Below are positions 16,440-24,857 of a stretch of 32,000 bases of DNA, in pieces. Positions within the stretch are counted from its first letter, which is position 1. Each line of letters begins with the position of its first letter. The stretch lies in contig JBHLKY010000017.1 in NCBI GenBank assembly GCA_048886185.1, positions 1 to 32,000 on the forward strand. The letters are read 5' to 3'. A program made the position numbers and the translations under genes. A model generated the notes under the pieces. The model was not told the origin of the DNA, did not search any database, and worked only from the letters and a program-made list of their open reading frames with translations. This DNA comes from Candidatus Hermodarchaeota archaeon. Its GTDB lineage: Archaea > Asgardarchaeota > Heimdallarchaeia > Hodarchaeales > Hodarchaeaceae.

Positions 16440-17507
16440 TTATCCTTTTTTTTCTTTATCTTGATGAAAACTAAGAAGTAATCTCCCCCATACCCTGATC
16501 ATACGCTCATCTCTGGTAAGATCAATTGTTTGTTCTGTACCAACGTAAGTGTCTAAAAGTGTCTCAACTGACAATTGAGTTAATTTTTCTTCATTATATT
16601 GGAGAATCTCTTCTATAATTAAATCTTTAATGCCAGAGGACATATCTCTAAGAATTTTGTAACTTGTTCCAAACAGCTCTCTCTGAAAATCATGTTTAAG
16701 AAGAAGATCGGAAACAAAGCTGGTATCAATTGCCATAAAATATTTCTGTCCGTAAATAAATCGGAGCTTGTGGATTTCTGTTGAACCAAAACTTATATAT
16801 TTGGGTTTTGAGTCAAAAAGTGAGTGAATGAATCCAACAATTGCAGCAAAAAAACCAGCCCAAATTCCTTCTTTAGTTAAATTATACGATAATGGAACCT
16901 CCCAACCTTCGAGATTAGCAATCATTGCCCAACTAGTTGGTGCGGTATAACTGGCACGTTCAGCTTGTTTACGAAGATAATAATGCAACAATAAGCACTC
17001 TTCAAATGTTAGAATGGAGAAATTACTACCATATTCACCAACGATCGAGTTAAGGGTGTCGTATGTGTAATCAGGGTTAATATCTAATATAATATCCTGG
17101 AAATCCTTCTCAATTTTTCTTTTGGTTTCAGCATTAGCATCGGTTATACTATTTGCATAAAGTATACTCGCTTGTCCCACGAGTACAGCGGTCATGATGT
17201 CTTTTATGTGCTCAGGAATACCTTCTTGAGCAGAAATCAACATTAAAGTGACAGCTGGATCAGAAATAATTAGAAAAAATTGATCTTGAAGAGAGACAAT
17301 GAAAATCTCGGAAGTTTTCATTCCACTGTGCTTCCGTAAATCAAAATTGATACTAGCGATGCCCTCTCCGAATAGTTCTTTACCTAGATTCCCCAAACCC
17401 ATTAGAAAGTTTGAAACCACTTCTTGAAATTCAATGCTGGGATTTCCAAAACTCCATCGTATATCAGTTCCCTCAACAAAAAGTGCCCATTGTTCATGAA
17501 TACGCAT
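16440..17507 (-). CDS. Hypothetical protein with two longin/roadblock-like domains
   Basis: Two segments fit the Asgard longin-like pattern: VVSNFLMGLGNLGKELFGEGIASINF and IWAGFFAAIVGFIHSLFDSKPKYISF, each preceded by a short beta-hairpin and followed by beta strands. Confidence 0.65.
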   Translation of the reverse strand: MRIHEQWALFVEGTDIRWSFGNPSIEFQEVVSNFLMGLGNLGKELFGEGIASINFDLRKHSGMKTSEIFIVSLQDQFFLIISDPAVTLMLISAQEGIPEHIKDIMTAVLVGQASILYANSITDANAETKRKIEKDFQDIILDINPDYTYDTLNSIVGEYGSNFSILTFEECLLLHYYLRKQAERASYTAPTSWAMIANLEGWEVPLSYNLTKEGIWAGFFAAIVGFIHSLFDSKPKYISFGSTEIHKLRFIYGQKYFMAIDTSFVSDLLLKHDFQRELFGTSYKILRDMSSGIKDLIIEEILQYNEEKLTQLSVETLLDTYVGTEQTIDLTRDERMIRVWGRLLLSFHQDKEKKG

Positions 17508-17738
17508 ATTATACCCCTATTTTTGCCTAAACGAAGTTATGAATAAGAATATTTTAATGAATTAATAGATATTTCTGATTTATTCATAGTAATTTGCCTG
17601 ACTGGTTTATTTTAAAAGCGATTTTTTTATTATTTAAACACTTTTTAATGCTTTATTACTTGTTTAATAACAACAGACTTATTTTTATTTTCTCTTAATA
17701 ATAAAAAAACTTTAACTTTCACCTAAATTAGAGAATAA

Positions 17739-18085
17739 TTTTCTCTCATTCCGACCTTCGGTAATACAGGAGTCTATATAGGAGTAATTACCTTCTCATT
17801 ATTTGAGGAATTTAAAGGGAAAGGTGATTTGTAGTAAGCCCTATAGCTTAGGATAATCGCTTAAATCATGCATTAGTTACCTCTGGTGCGAAAGAAATCC
17901 AACTTCAGCAGGATTTGCCAATTTTATCTTATGCAGTAGCCTTCTATATGAAAAATGGGTTTATAGTTACTTATAATAGTGCCATAGAATGGAAGAAACT
18001 ACAGTACTGTGATTGGCATCGGGTTTTTTCCCTTCCTACAAATAAGAAGAAGACTAAAAAAGAAAAAAAGGGAAAGGCCTCCTAA
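17739..18085 (+). pseudogene. Possible degraded GNAT acetyltransferase remnant
   Basis: One frame gives GVYIGVITFSLFEEFKGKGDL* (motif A-like). A second frame gives SGAKEIQLQQDLPILSYAVAFYMKNGF (motif B-like). The two are in the expected order but separated by stops and a frameshift. Confidence 0.3.
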
Positions 18086-18088
18086 TGA

Positions 18089-18544
18089 TTAAAGAGGTTT
18101 CATTGTCCAGATCCGATATGCTTCATAACTAAAAAAAATGATTCCAGATATCATAAAAATGAAAAAAAGGAAATCTTCAGTGTATATAATTGCTGTTTCT
18201 CTATTAAATATTACTAACAGATATAAAAAGCAACCGACGGTAAAGAAAGAAATGTAAAACAGCATTCTTGGAATCATTCGTGTACCAATTTTAATAAAAA
18301 GACCAAAAATACCCGTTTTAACCGTTTCTTCGACATGATACTTTTCTGTTGATAATTTTGAAACCAACCCCGCATCAACAAGCTTATTTATGTGATAAGA
18401 AACAGTAGATGGGGAAGAGATTTTTAGATGACGTTTTATTTCCCGTATCCCACTTTCACCATGAGTAAGCAAGAACCAGTATATCTTCATGGTTTTACCC
18501 TGCAACAATTCGTCTGATTGCTCTTCCATTTTGAGTACTTCCAC
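18089..18544 (-). CDS. Membrane-anchored winged-helix transcriptional regulator (wHTH plus 2 C-terminal TM)
   Basis: KIYWFLLTHGESGIREIKRHLKISSPSTVSYHINKLVDAGLV (ArsR/TrmB-like HTH), followed by two hydrophobic helices. Alternative start ATG at 18529. Confidence 0.85.
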   Translation of the reverse strand: MEVLKMEEQSDELLQGKTMKIYWFLLTHGESGIREIKRHLKISSPSTVSYHINKLVDAGLVSKLSTEKYHVEETVKTGIFGLFIKIGTRMIPRMLFYISFFTVGCFLYLLVIFNRETAIIYTEDFLFFIFMISGIIFFSYEAYRIWTMKPL

Positions 18545-18737
18545 TTTTCAAACATTTTTAATAGAAATAAATATGTAATTCTAGGTGAACTAAATGATCT
18601 TTAGTCTCAAACGAGTTGAAACATAAAAGATATACTAAATTTTGATCAAGACTTTATAATTATCTGTATTTCATTGGTTTAAATCATCCAAAAAAAAGAG
18701 AAAGAATTTCCAGCCCCCCATCAAGAGAAATAAACTC

Positions 18738-20987
18738 TTAACCTTCTTTAGCTACAATCAAAGCCAAAAAATTATCACTTACTTGAATCATAAGGATACT
18801 GGATATCCATTCAGGTAACAATGGAGGATTCAAATCGAGAAGTTCGTGCCATTCTTCATCACTTAATCGATTGGTCATGGGGTGTTTAAATTCATAGTAG
18901 GAGAAAGTTCCTCCTCGGGTTAACCGTAATTTCCCTGTGTGATCTTGCACAATTACATAAATAACATATGGATCTCCCACACCTACCTCCAACACTTGCC
19001 CAGAATTTGGATCTGTATGAACATCAGCAATAATTGCCATCCTATCATCTGCTTCATTAACCCAAGGTTCAGCGTCAGGATCATGGAAACTAGCAATCAT
19101 ACTAATTTCTTCTCCAAAATTGTTTATGAATATTGTATCACTATCGTTCAAAGGTTTATTCTCGAGTTCTTTGATACTTATTTCAACCAATCTGTCAAAT
19201 TTTTCAGCAATTGAATCAAGCTTGTTACTAAAACCTTCAATGTATAATTCCCGATCCTCTAATCCACCTTTCATAAGGCGAACGAGAGACGCTAATCGAG
19301 CATAAACCTCAGGATAGGGTTCAACGTATCCAGGTGGGGATGTAGGTACTGCTGTTTCATAACTGTATGATTGTTTGGCATAAAGGATTGTATCATGGCG
19401 TAATTCAGCCCATGAACCCATTACAGTAATTAAAGCCCTATCTAACCAAGCATTACTAAGCATAAAACTTGGATATCCTTCTGTTGCAGGGTGTAATAAG
19501 GGAAACAATGAGTATAACCATAACCAATACAGGTTTTGTGTCCAATCAATGTCTGTTAAATTACTGAATTCATCTCGTAATTTTAGAATTTGAGAATTAT
19601 AATCAGAGTAACTTTTATTCTCTGCTTGAAGATGATATTCAGCTCTCAAGCTACCAAATACCGAAAAAACATCTAATCCATTAGGAAATAAGCGGCCATT
19701 AACTTTATCATGAACTAATTGCTGAAAAATGTATGAATCTGGAATAAATCTCTGCCCCATTAACCTAAAACCTTGAGTGACATTCTCGTGGTCAAGTGCG
19801 TCAAAAATGAACATAGAATTTATCAGTGGTTTCCGATATGTTTTTGCTTCCTTGATAATCTCTAGTATAAGCTCCTCATCAGCTAAAAGGTCACCTCCAG
19901 GGAGATTAAACTTCTTCCAAATTTGATAGTATTCCATAGGGGTTAAATCATCACTAGAGCCAACGTAGAAGGTCGTTGGTTGATATATGCGATCCCATAA
20001 GTTCCATACTGTCTCAGATCCAATAGTGCTATTGAAGGATGATAAGAGTGAAAGCGCCATCCGTGTATGGTTAATACCCATTTCTATTTCACCAGATGGA
20101 CTTTGAAGTAAAAATCCCATCCTGCCGGCATACATCATCGCTTTGAAATAGTTTGACAAAATAGCATTCCGAGTATAGTGTCCTCGAACTTTATATTGGG
20201 AATAATCCTCTTCATAACCGAAAATAGCTGACTTGGCTCTTTCTCCAGCTGCAATCTTTACCAATTCTGAATTAACCAGCCCCGCCACGTCTTGGGGAAT
20301 CGTTGTACTATTATCTATAAAATATAGCATGACAGTAAGATAAGCAATATTTTTAATCAGAGCATCGTGAACACTTTCTTCAGTTACCGAGTCTTTAAGA
20401 TCCATTTGGTCATATCTTAACGTTTGTAGCATCAACTCAAAATCATCACTAAAGAATGTCCCCTCTAAAATCCGTAAGCTAATATCATACAGCACATGGT
20501 ATGCATGGAGACAGAGATCCGTTGTTATATACTTTGGATATTCTTCCAGAGGATAGATATCATAAATATCTTCATAACCCTCATCTACTAATGAAAAGCC
20601 ATATTTTTCTAAATCCTTTTTTATTTCAGTCTCTAGAGTTAAACCCTGCATATCAACATTCGCTAAGTTCGATTGGATTAAAGTGGGAACAATTTGGGGA
20701 TCATATGACAAGATTTGCGGAGAATAAGTACCGAATTCGGTTGCAAGAGTATTCTTTATCTGATAAGTAGAAGCTGAGTTATTTAATAATGAAGGAGTTT
20801 TTACATCAGGTACATTTAATGGAATTGTCAACGGATTAAAGAAACCTGTAGCAATGATAAAAACCAGAACTGCGATAGTTCCCCCTCCGATAGTTGAGAA
20901 AAGACCATATTTTCTTAATTTCCCATCGATTCTCATTAAAACATCACCATTTCTCTCTTTAAGTGTTACTATTCCCATCAACCACAA
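18738..20987 (-). CDS. DUF3160 domain-containing membrane-anchored extracellular protein
   Basis: YITTD..LHAYH, DYSQYKVRGHYT, YFKAMMY, SWAELRHDTILYAKQSY, GYVEPYPE, IADVHTDP, GGTFSYYEF. The likely true start is ATG 20936 (MRIDGK), which has a GGTGATG RBS. N-terminal TM anchor present. Confidence 0.9.
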   Translation of the reverse strand: MWLMGIVTLKERNGDVLMRIDGKLRKYGLFSTIGGGTIAVLVFIIATGFFNPLTIPLNVPDVKTPSLLNNSASTYQIKNTLATEFGTYSPQILSYDPQIVPTLIQSNLANVDMQGLTLETEIKKDLEKYGFSLVDEGYEDIYDIYPLEEYPKYITTDLCLHAYHVLYDISLRILEGTFFSDDFELMLQTLRYDQMDLKDSVTEESVHDALIKNIAYLTVMLYFIDNSTTIPQDVAGLVNSELVKIAAGERAKSAIFGYEEDYSQYKVRGHYTRNAILSNYFKAMMYAGRMGFLLQSPSGEIEMGINHTRMALSLLSSFNSTIGSETVWNLWDRIYQPTTFYVGSSDDLTPMEYYQIWKKFNLPGGDLLADEELILEIIKEAKTYRKPLINSMFIFDALDHENVTQGFRLMGQRFIPDSYIFQQLVHDKVNGRLFPNGLDVFSVFGSLRAEYHLQAENKSYSDYNSQILKLRDEFSNLTDIDWTQNLYWLWLYSLFPLLHPATEGYPSFMLSNAWLDRALITVMGSWAELRHDTILYAKQSYSYETAVPTSPPGYVEPYPEVYARLASLVRLMKGGLEDRELYIEGFSNKLDSIAEKFDRLVEISIKELENKPLNDSDTIFINNFGEEISMIASFHDPDAEPWVNEADDRMAIIADVHTDPNSGQVLEVGVGDPYVIYVIVQDHTGKLRLTRGGTFSYYEFKHPMTNRLSDEEWHELLDLNPPLLPEWISSILMIQVSDNFLALIVAKEG

Positions 20988-21057
20988 ATTTAAATACCTA
21001 TATAATCGAACACCCTAGCCTCAAATTAGTACAGAGCGTTTGAAATTATGTACGAGC

Positions 21058-21075
21058 TGTTCGACTTTACGAACA
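21058..21075. promoter_or_regulatory. Palindrome TGTTCG-N6-CGAACA upstream of DUF3160; candidate operator
   Basis: Perfect 6-bp inverted repeat, with an extra CGAACA half-site at 21007-21012. Confidence 0.4.
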
Positions 21076-21184
21076 TGATTCCATTTGTATTCATAAAAGA
21101 AACTTTTACAAGAAATGCTACTTAAATCTATGAATTACTCCAGAAAAATTGAAAATAATTTAATTGTACAATTCAAAGACAGAT

Positions 21185-21691
21185 TTACGACTTTTTTATT
21201 AATATACTTCCCTTTAATTCTAATATCCCCTTCTCTATTAACTCATCAATACTTCTCTCTAGCTCTCCCTTTTTTGGGGGCTTTCTTCCTTGGGATAACT
21301 CAGCCATTGTAGCATTCATTATTATTGCAGCCCTATTTTCATATTTTCCTTGGAAAGAAGCCAGAATTCTCTTTTGGTTCTCTGTAAAGTCTCCTTTAAT
21401 CGTATTTATAGATATATTGGGTAATTCTACTTCCTCATCCTCTTCCTCTTGCTGAATCTCCATTGAAGTAGGTTTTGTTGATTTCAGGATTAGGAGAGAG
21501 CCTTTTTTCTCAAAAATTCCCTCATTAACCATTGCATTTATACACTCCTCAATTTCATTCTTTGGAGGAGGTTTATTACCATCATGAGCTGTGTTTACAA
21601 TGTATTGTATTATAAACGCTTGTTCATTTTCTATTTTACCAGGAAATTCTTTTAAGAGTTTTTCCTTTAATTCTTGTGACATTTTACTCAC
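21185..21691 (-). CDS. Protein with two tandem winged-helix-like repeats
   Basis: aa 7-71 and aa 104-168 align (F.GK.EN...I...G.KPP.K.E.E..I......GI.E.KGS.LI.KS) and are joined by an acidic linker. Confidence 0.75.
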   Translation of the reverse strand: MSKMSQELKEKLLKEFPGKIENEQAFIIQYIVNTAHDGNKPPPKNEIEECINAMVNEGIFEKKGSLLILKSTKPTSMEIQQEEEDEEVELPNISINTIKGDFTENQKRILASFQGKYENRAAIIMNATMAELSQGRKPPKKGELERSIDELIEKGILELKGSILIKKS

Positions 21692-21694
21692 TGA

Positions 21695-22270
21695 TCAAAT
21701 TAAATATGGATATTCAAACATGAACTTGATAACATTAGATAATGCTGCAAAAACTTCAGCTACATTGGATGATGGTCGAGCAGAAGTATTAAGATACTGC
21801 ATAATATAGTGAGTCTTCGCAGACATAAATTCTCGTTCAGATCTTCTTAGGAATTTATCTAAGGCTGATTGATCAATTTTACGCTTAAGACCACTTTTAT
21901 TTCGTAATAATATAAAAGGAACCATTTTACCAACATGGGTGTAAAGCTCATTTTTCCAGTTTTGGATATTGGAAAGAGACTCTGGACGAGTTTGATCAAA
22001 AACTAGAATCACACCATGAGAACCCCTGTAGTAGATCGCTCTTATAGTATTAAAACGATGTTGGCCCGCTAAATCCCAGATTTGACATTAATACAAAAGA
22101 CCGTTAACTTTAATCCCATAAGTAGTAAAATCAGCTCCAATAGTCAGTAAATACGTACTTTCAAATCCTCTCCCAAGAGCTGTTTCTCGTAAAGACGTCT
22201 TACCAACCCCTCCGTCTCCAATGAGACAGATTTTGAAATAAGATTTATTATGTCTCATTGGATAAGCCAT
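21695..22270 (-). pseudogene. Rab-like small GTPase interrupted by an in-frame TAA (22088-22090)
   Basis: The two track ORFs are in one frame: G1 GDGGVGKT, G2 TIG, then LLY*CQIWDLAGQ (G3), RNKSG (degenerate G4) and TSAR (G5). Confidence 0.85.
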
Positions 22271-22295
22271 ATTAGTGTATTCCCCCTTAATAAAA

Positions 22296-22961
22296 TTATT
22301 TGAAAGCCCAAAATAAGCTCAACAGACCTGCTATGTAAGACAAATGCCCTGGATATCGGAATTCAGGGAAAAAAGCAAAATATGCAATGCCTACTGTAAC
22401 TAAAAATAGTCCTGCAGTTAATCTGAGTAATTTCTGTTTTAAGATTGGATCACCACTTGATTGTCTAATCCTCAAATATTGAATCATTGCAAAAAAGATG
22501 CATAACATTGGAATGAATAACAATGCAATTTTCCCGATAAGCCCAAATTCGGGATCAGCTTGTTCGAAAATGACATATGTATCAACAATTCTTCCTGAAT
22601 CAAAGGGTATGCCGATAATTACAAGTAATACAAGGCAAAGAAAGCCAATCACTAAATTAATCTTTCTATCAACGATTATATCTCCATACTGTACGATTAG
22701 GGCAGAGAACACCAAAAGAATAACTGCCAATGTAGAGAAAAAAATACTAAGATCACGAAGGAGATTTATCACTTGAAGATCTTCAATATCAAGTAAATAA
22801 ATTATCGATTCAAAAAAAAGGTACCCTGTAAAAGATAACATCACAAGAAAAAAGATTTTATTTAACAACTGCGATTTATCTCTTCTTATAATGAAAGCTC
22901 CGATGATAAGAGCTAAAAATACTTCAAATAACAATACGATTCCATATAAAAAGTCAAGCAT
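22296..22961 (-). CDS. Stand-alone 7-TM membrane protein (HisKA_7TM-like sensor fold, no kinase)
   Basis: Seven hydrophobic segments. The TM1-TM2 junction IIRRDKSQLLNKIFF resembles N-terminal 7TM sensor domains. Confidence 0.7.
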   Translation of the reverse strand: MLDFLYGIVLLFEVFLALIIGAFIIRRDKSQLLNKIFFLVMLSFTGYLFFESIIYLLDIEDLQVINLLRDLSIFFSTLAVILLVFSALIVQYGDIIVDRKINLVIGFLCLVLLVIIGIPFDSGRIVDTYVIFEQADPEFGLIGKIALLFIPMLCIFFAMIQYLRIRQSSGDPILKQKLLRLTAGLFLVTVGIAYFAFFPEFRYPGHLSYIAGLLSLFWAFK

Positions 22962-23093
22962 GGTATTTTCCTCAAGTCGTTATTTGTTGATTGAGTTAAT
23001 ATTCGTCCACCTGTTTTAAAGCTTTTAATTTAACAGTGTTTTGATAGTGAAGAATTAACAAAAAGCTATTGGTATAATACTTGATTATTCTTA

Positions 23094-23381
23094 ATGGAGT
23101 TTGAATTTATGACAAATTATGAAATAAAGATCGAGGTAACCGATATTTTAGCAGAAGGTAGATGCCCTGGTGGCCATAAAGTCGGAGATGTTTTTAATTA
23201 CCCAGAAGATAGAGGTAAGATGTGTCCATCCGCTTTTCATAGTATTTTTCCAACTATTCGAATAATGCAAAGTGGTGGTAAAATGCCATGGTTTGATACA
23301 CCTGATAGTCACTCAAACTGTTGTCCAGACTATAAACGCCCAGTTGTTTTTAGGATTTCCCGAAAAGAAAAGCAGGATTAA
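23094..23381 (+). CDS. TIGR04076 family protein
   Basis: GRCPGGHKVGD.F, MCPSAFHSIFP, CCPDYKRPVVFRISR. Confidence 0.85.
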   Translation: MEFEFMTNYEIKIEVTDILAEGRCPGGHKVGDVFNYPEDRGKMCPSAFHSIFPTIRIMQSGGKMPWFDTPDSHSNCCPDYKRPVVFRISRKEKQD

Positions 23382-23403
23382 TATGATAACATTCATTCTC
23401 TAA

Positions 23404-23664
23404 TCAAGATAAGTTACGATCAGATATCTCATGTTCTCTTATGAGTTCCCTCAATGTATCTCTGGTAGGAAGGCTCCTTCCGAGAAATAATTCGCCATTA
23501 ACATTATCAAAATATTCTTGACTATCTACTATTGTTAATCTTGGATTAGTCCCTGTAGGATTTTTTATCACAAATATCTTTCTCTGAGGTGACCTTGTAA
23601 GGCCTTTAAGAAAACCTTCGGTTGTTATTATATTCCATATCTTATTTAACATACTCAAGTCCAT
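23404..23664 (-). CDS. Hypothetical protein (86 aa)
   Basis: Non-overlapping ORF with an ATG start and plausible composition. No motif recognised. Confidence 0.5.
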   Translation of the reverse strand: MDLSMLNKIWNIITTEGFLKGLTRSPQRKIFVIKNPTGTNPRLTIVDSQEYFDNVNGELFLGRSLPTRDTLRELIREHEISDRNLS

Positions 23665-23865
23665 AAATAACTAGTAAATATGTCATTATTTAATATTTGA
23701 TAACACAAACTTCAAAAAAAAAAAAACAGATTTAAACTTCAAAGAGAGTAATAATTTAAACAAACTACTCAAATTATTCAAAATGATTATGAGATAATTT
23801 TAATCCTTTACGATAAGGCATTCATTTATTATCGCTGTTATTTATAATATTTAATTGAGTGATTT

Positions 23866-24840
23866 TCAAAATAAAGTTTTATTTACTAGGGAACGATGAT
23901 TTGAACTCGCTAAATAAATTGAGGAGATGATCAATAAACTTCCCAAGACACTAATAACTGAGAGACTCTCGGATAGAAGCAAATTAGCTGTTAATAACCC
24001 AACTACTATGTTTAATAAAAGGATAACATTTAGCTCGGTTGCTTTAATGGATTTACTAGCGTAAATGTATAGAATGAAGGGTAAGATTGTACAGAAGATC
24101 GCTAAATAAATCACTGTTATCCATGCTTCTATTGTTAATGACTCAATACTTGGTGATTGATCTAGAATAAACATCATAAATCCCACAATCAGTACGGAAT
24201 AAAAACTTGAAGATGTAAATACCGCTGATGAATTATTCATCTCTCTAATACGTTCTTGTGTTGCTTTCTTATTCAGAATACTAGAAATTACTCCATAAGC
24301 ACCCCAAACAAGACCTGATAAAAGAACAAGGAATGTACTAATAAGAAAATCGATTGTGTCATTTGGAGCTAATTGAGTTGAGAAACTCCAAGAAACAACC
24401 AAGACTCCAAATATTCCTCCTGTAACTGCTAACTTTAGCCTTAGTGTAATTTTAGTACCCTGAAATAATGATGAGAGAAATGGTGTCGAAATTAGATATG
24501 TACTAGCCATTAATGTAGCTATTGCAGCTGTTGTACCTGATTGACCAATAAATTGTAGTATGTAAGCTAAACCATTTATCAATCCTAGAATTATGATAAA
24601 TTTTTTCTTTAAAAGTGTGAAAATGTCATTTCTTGGTGTTGAAAATATCAATAATGGAGTAAGTAACAGTAAGCTTACTAAAAAGCGTAAAAGAAGGTAT
24701 CCAAGTGGAGGTAGAGGAGGAGAAAGTATTGACAGGCCAATCTTAACAACTGTAAACGGTGTACCCCATAAAACTGCTGCGAGAATTCCTGCAATATAAG
24801 CAGAAGAACGATTGTCCATTAATACACGTCTTTTTAGCAC
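23866..24840 (-). CDS. EamA/DMT-family transporter
   Basis: About 10 TM in two repeats: LWGT.F...K, LLLRF, LAIFCTILPF.LY..A.K.I.AT. Confidence 0.9.
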   Translation of the reverse strand: MLKRRVLMDNRSSAYIAGILAAVLWGTPFTVVKIGLSILSPPLPPLGYLLLRFLVSLLLLTPLLIFSTPRNDIFTLLKKKFIIILGLINGLAYILQFIGQSGTTAAIATLMASTYLISTPFLSSLFQGTKITLRLKLAVTGGIFGVLVVSWSFSTQLAPNDTIDFLISTFLVLLSGLVWGAYGVISSILNKKATQERIREMNNSSAVFTSSSFYSVLIVGFMMFILDQSPSIESLTIEAWITVIYLAIFCTILPFILYIYASKSIKATELNVILLLNIVVGLLTANLLLSESLSVISVLGSLLIISSIYLASSNHRSLVNKTLF

Positions 24841-24857
24841 TATTATATTGAATGTTA

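Noticed and set aside
21185-21691. Calling the tandem WH protein Vps25 (ESCRT-II)
   Set aside because: There are no N-terminal PPxY-type motifs and no ESCRT gene cluster nearby. The similarity is only at the level of architecture.
22088-22090. Programmed recoding (Sec/Pyl) of the stop in the Rab-like gene
   Set aside because: The codon is TAA, not TGA or TAG, and TAA terminates many other genes in the window.
23714-23726. A13 homopolymer as a phase-variation switch
   Set aside because: It is intergenic and more simply explained as a minus-strand oligo-T terminator or low-complexity AT-rich sequence.
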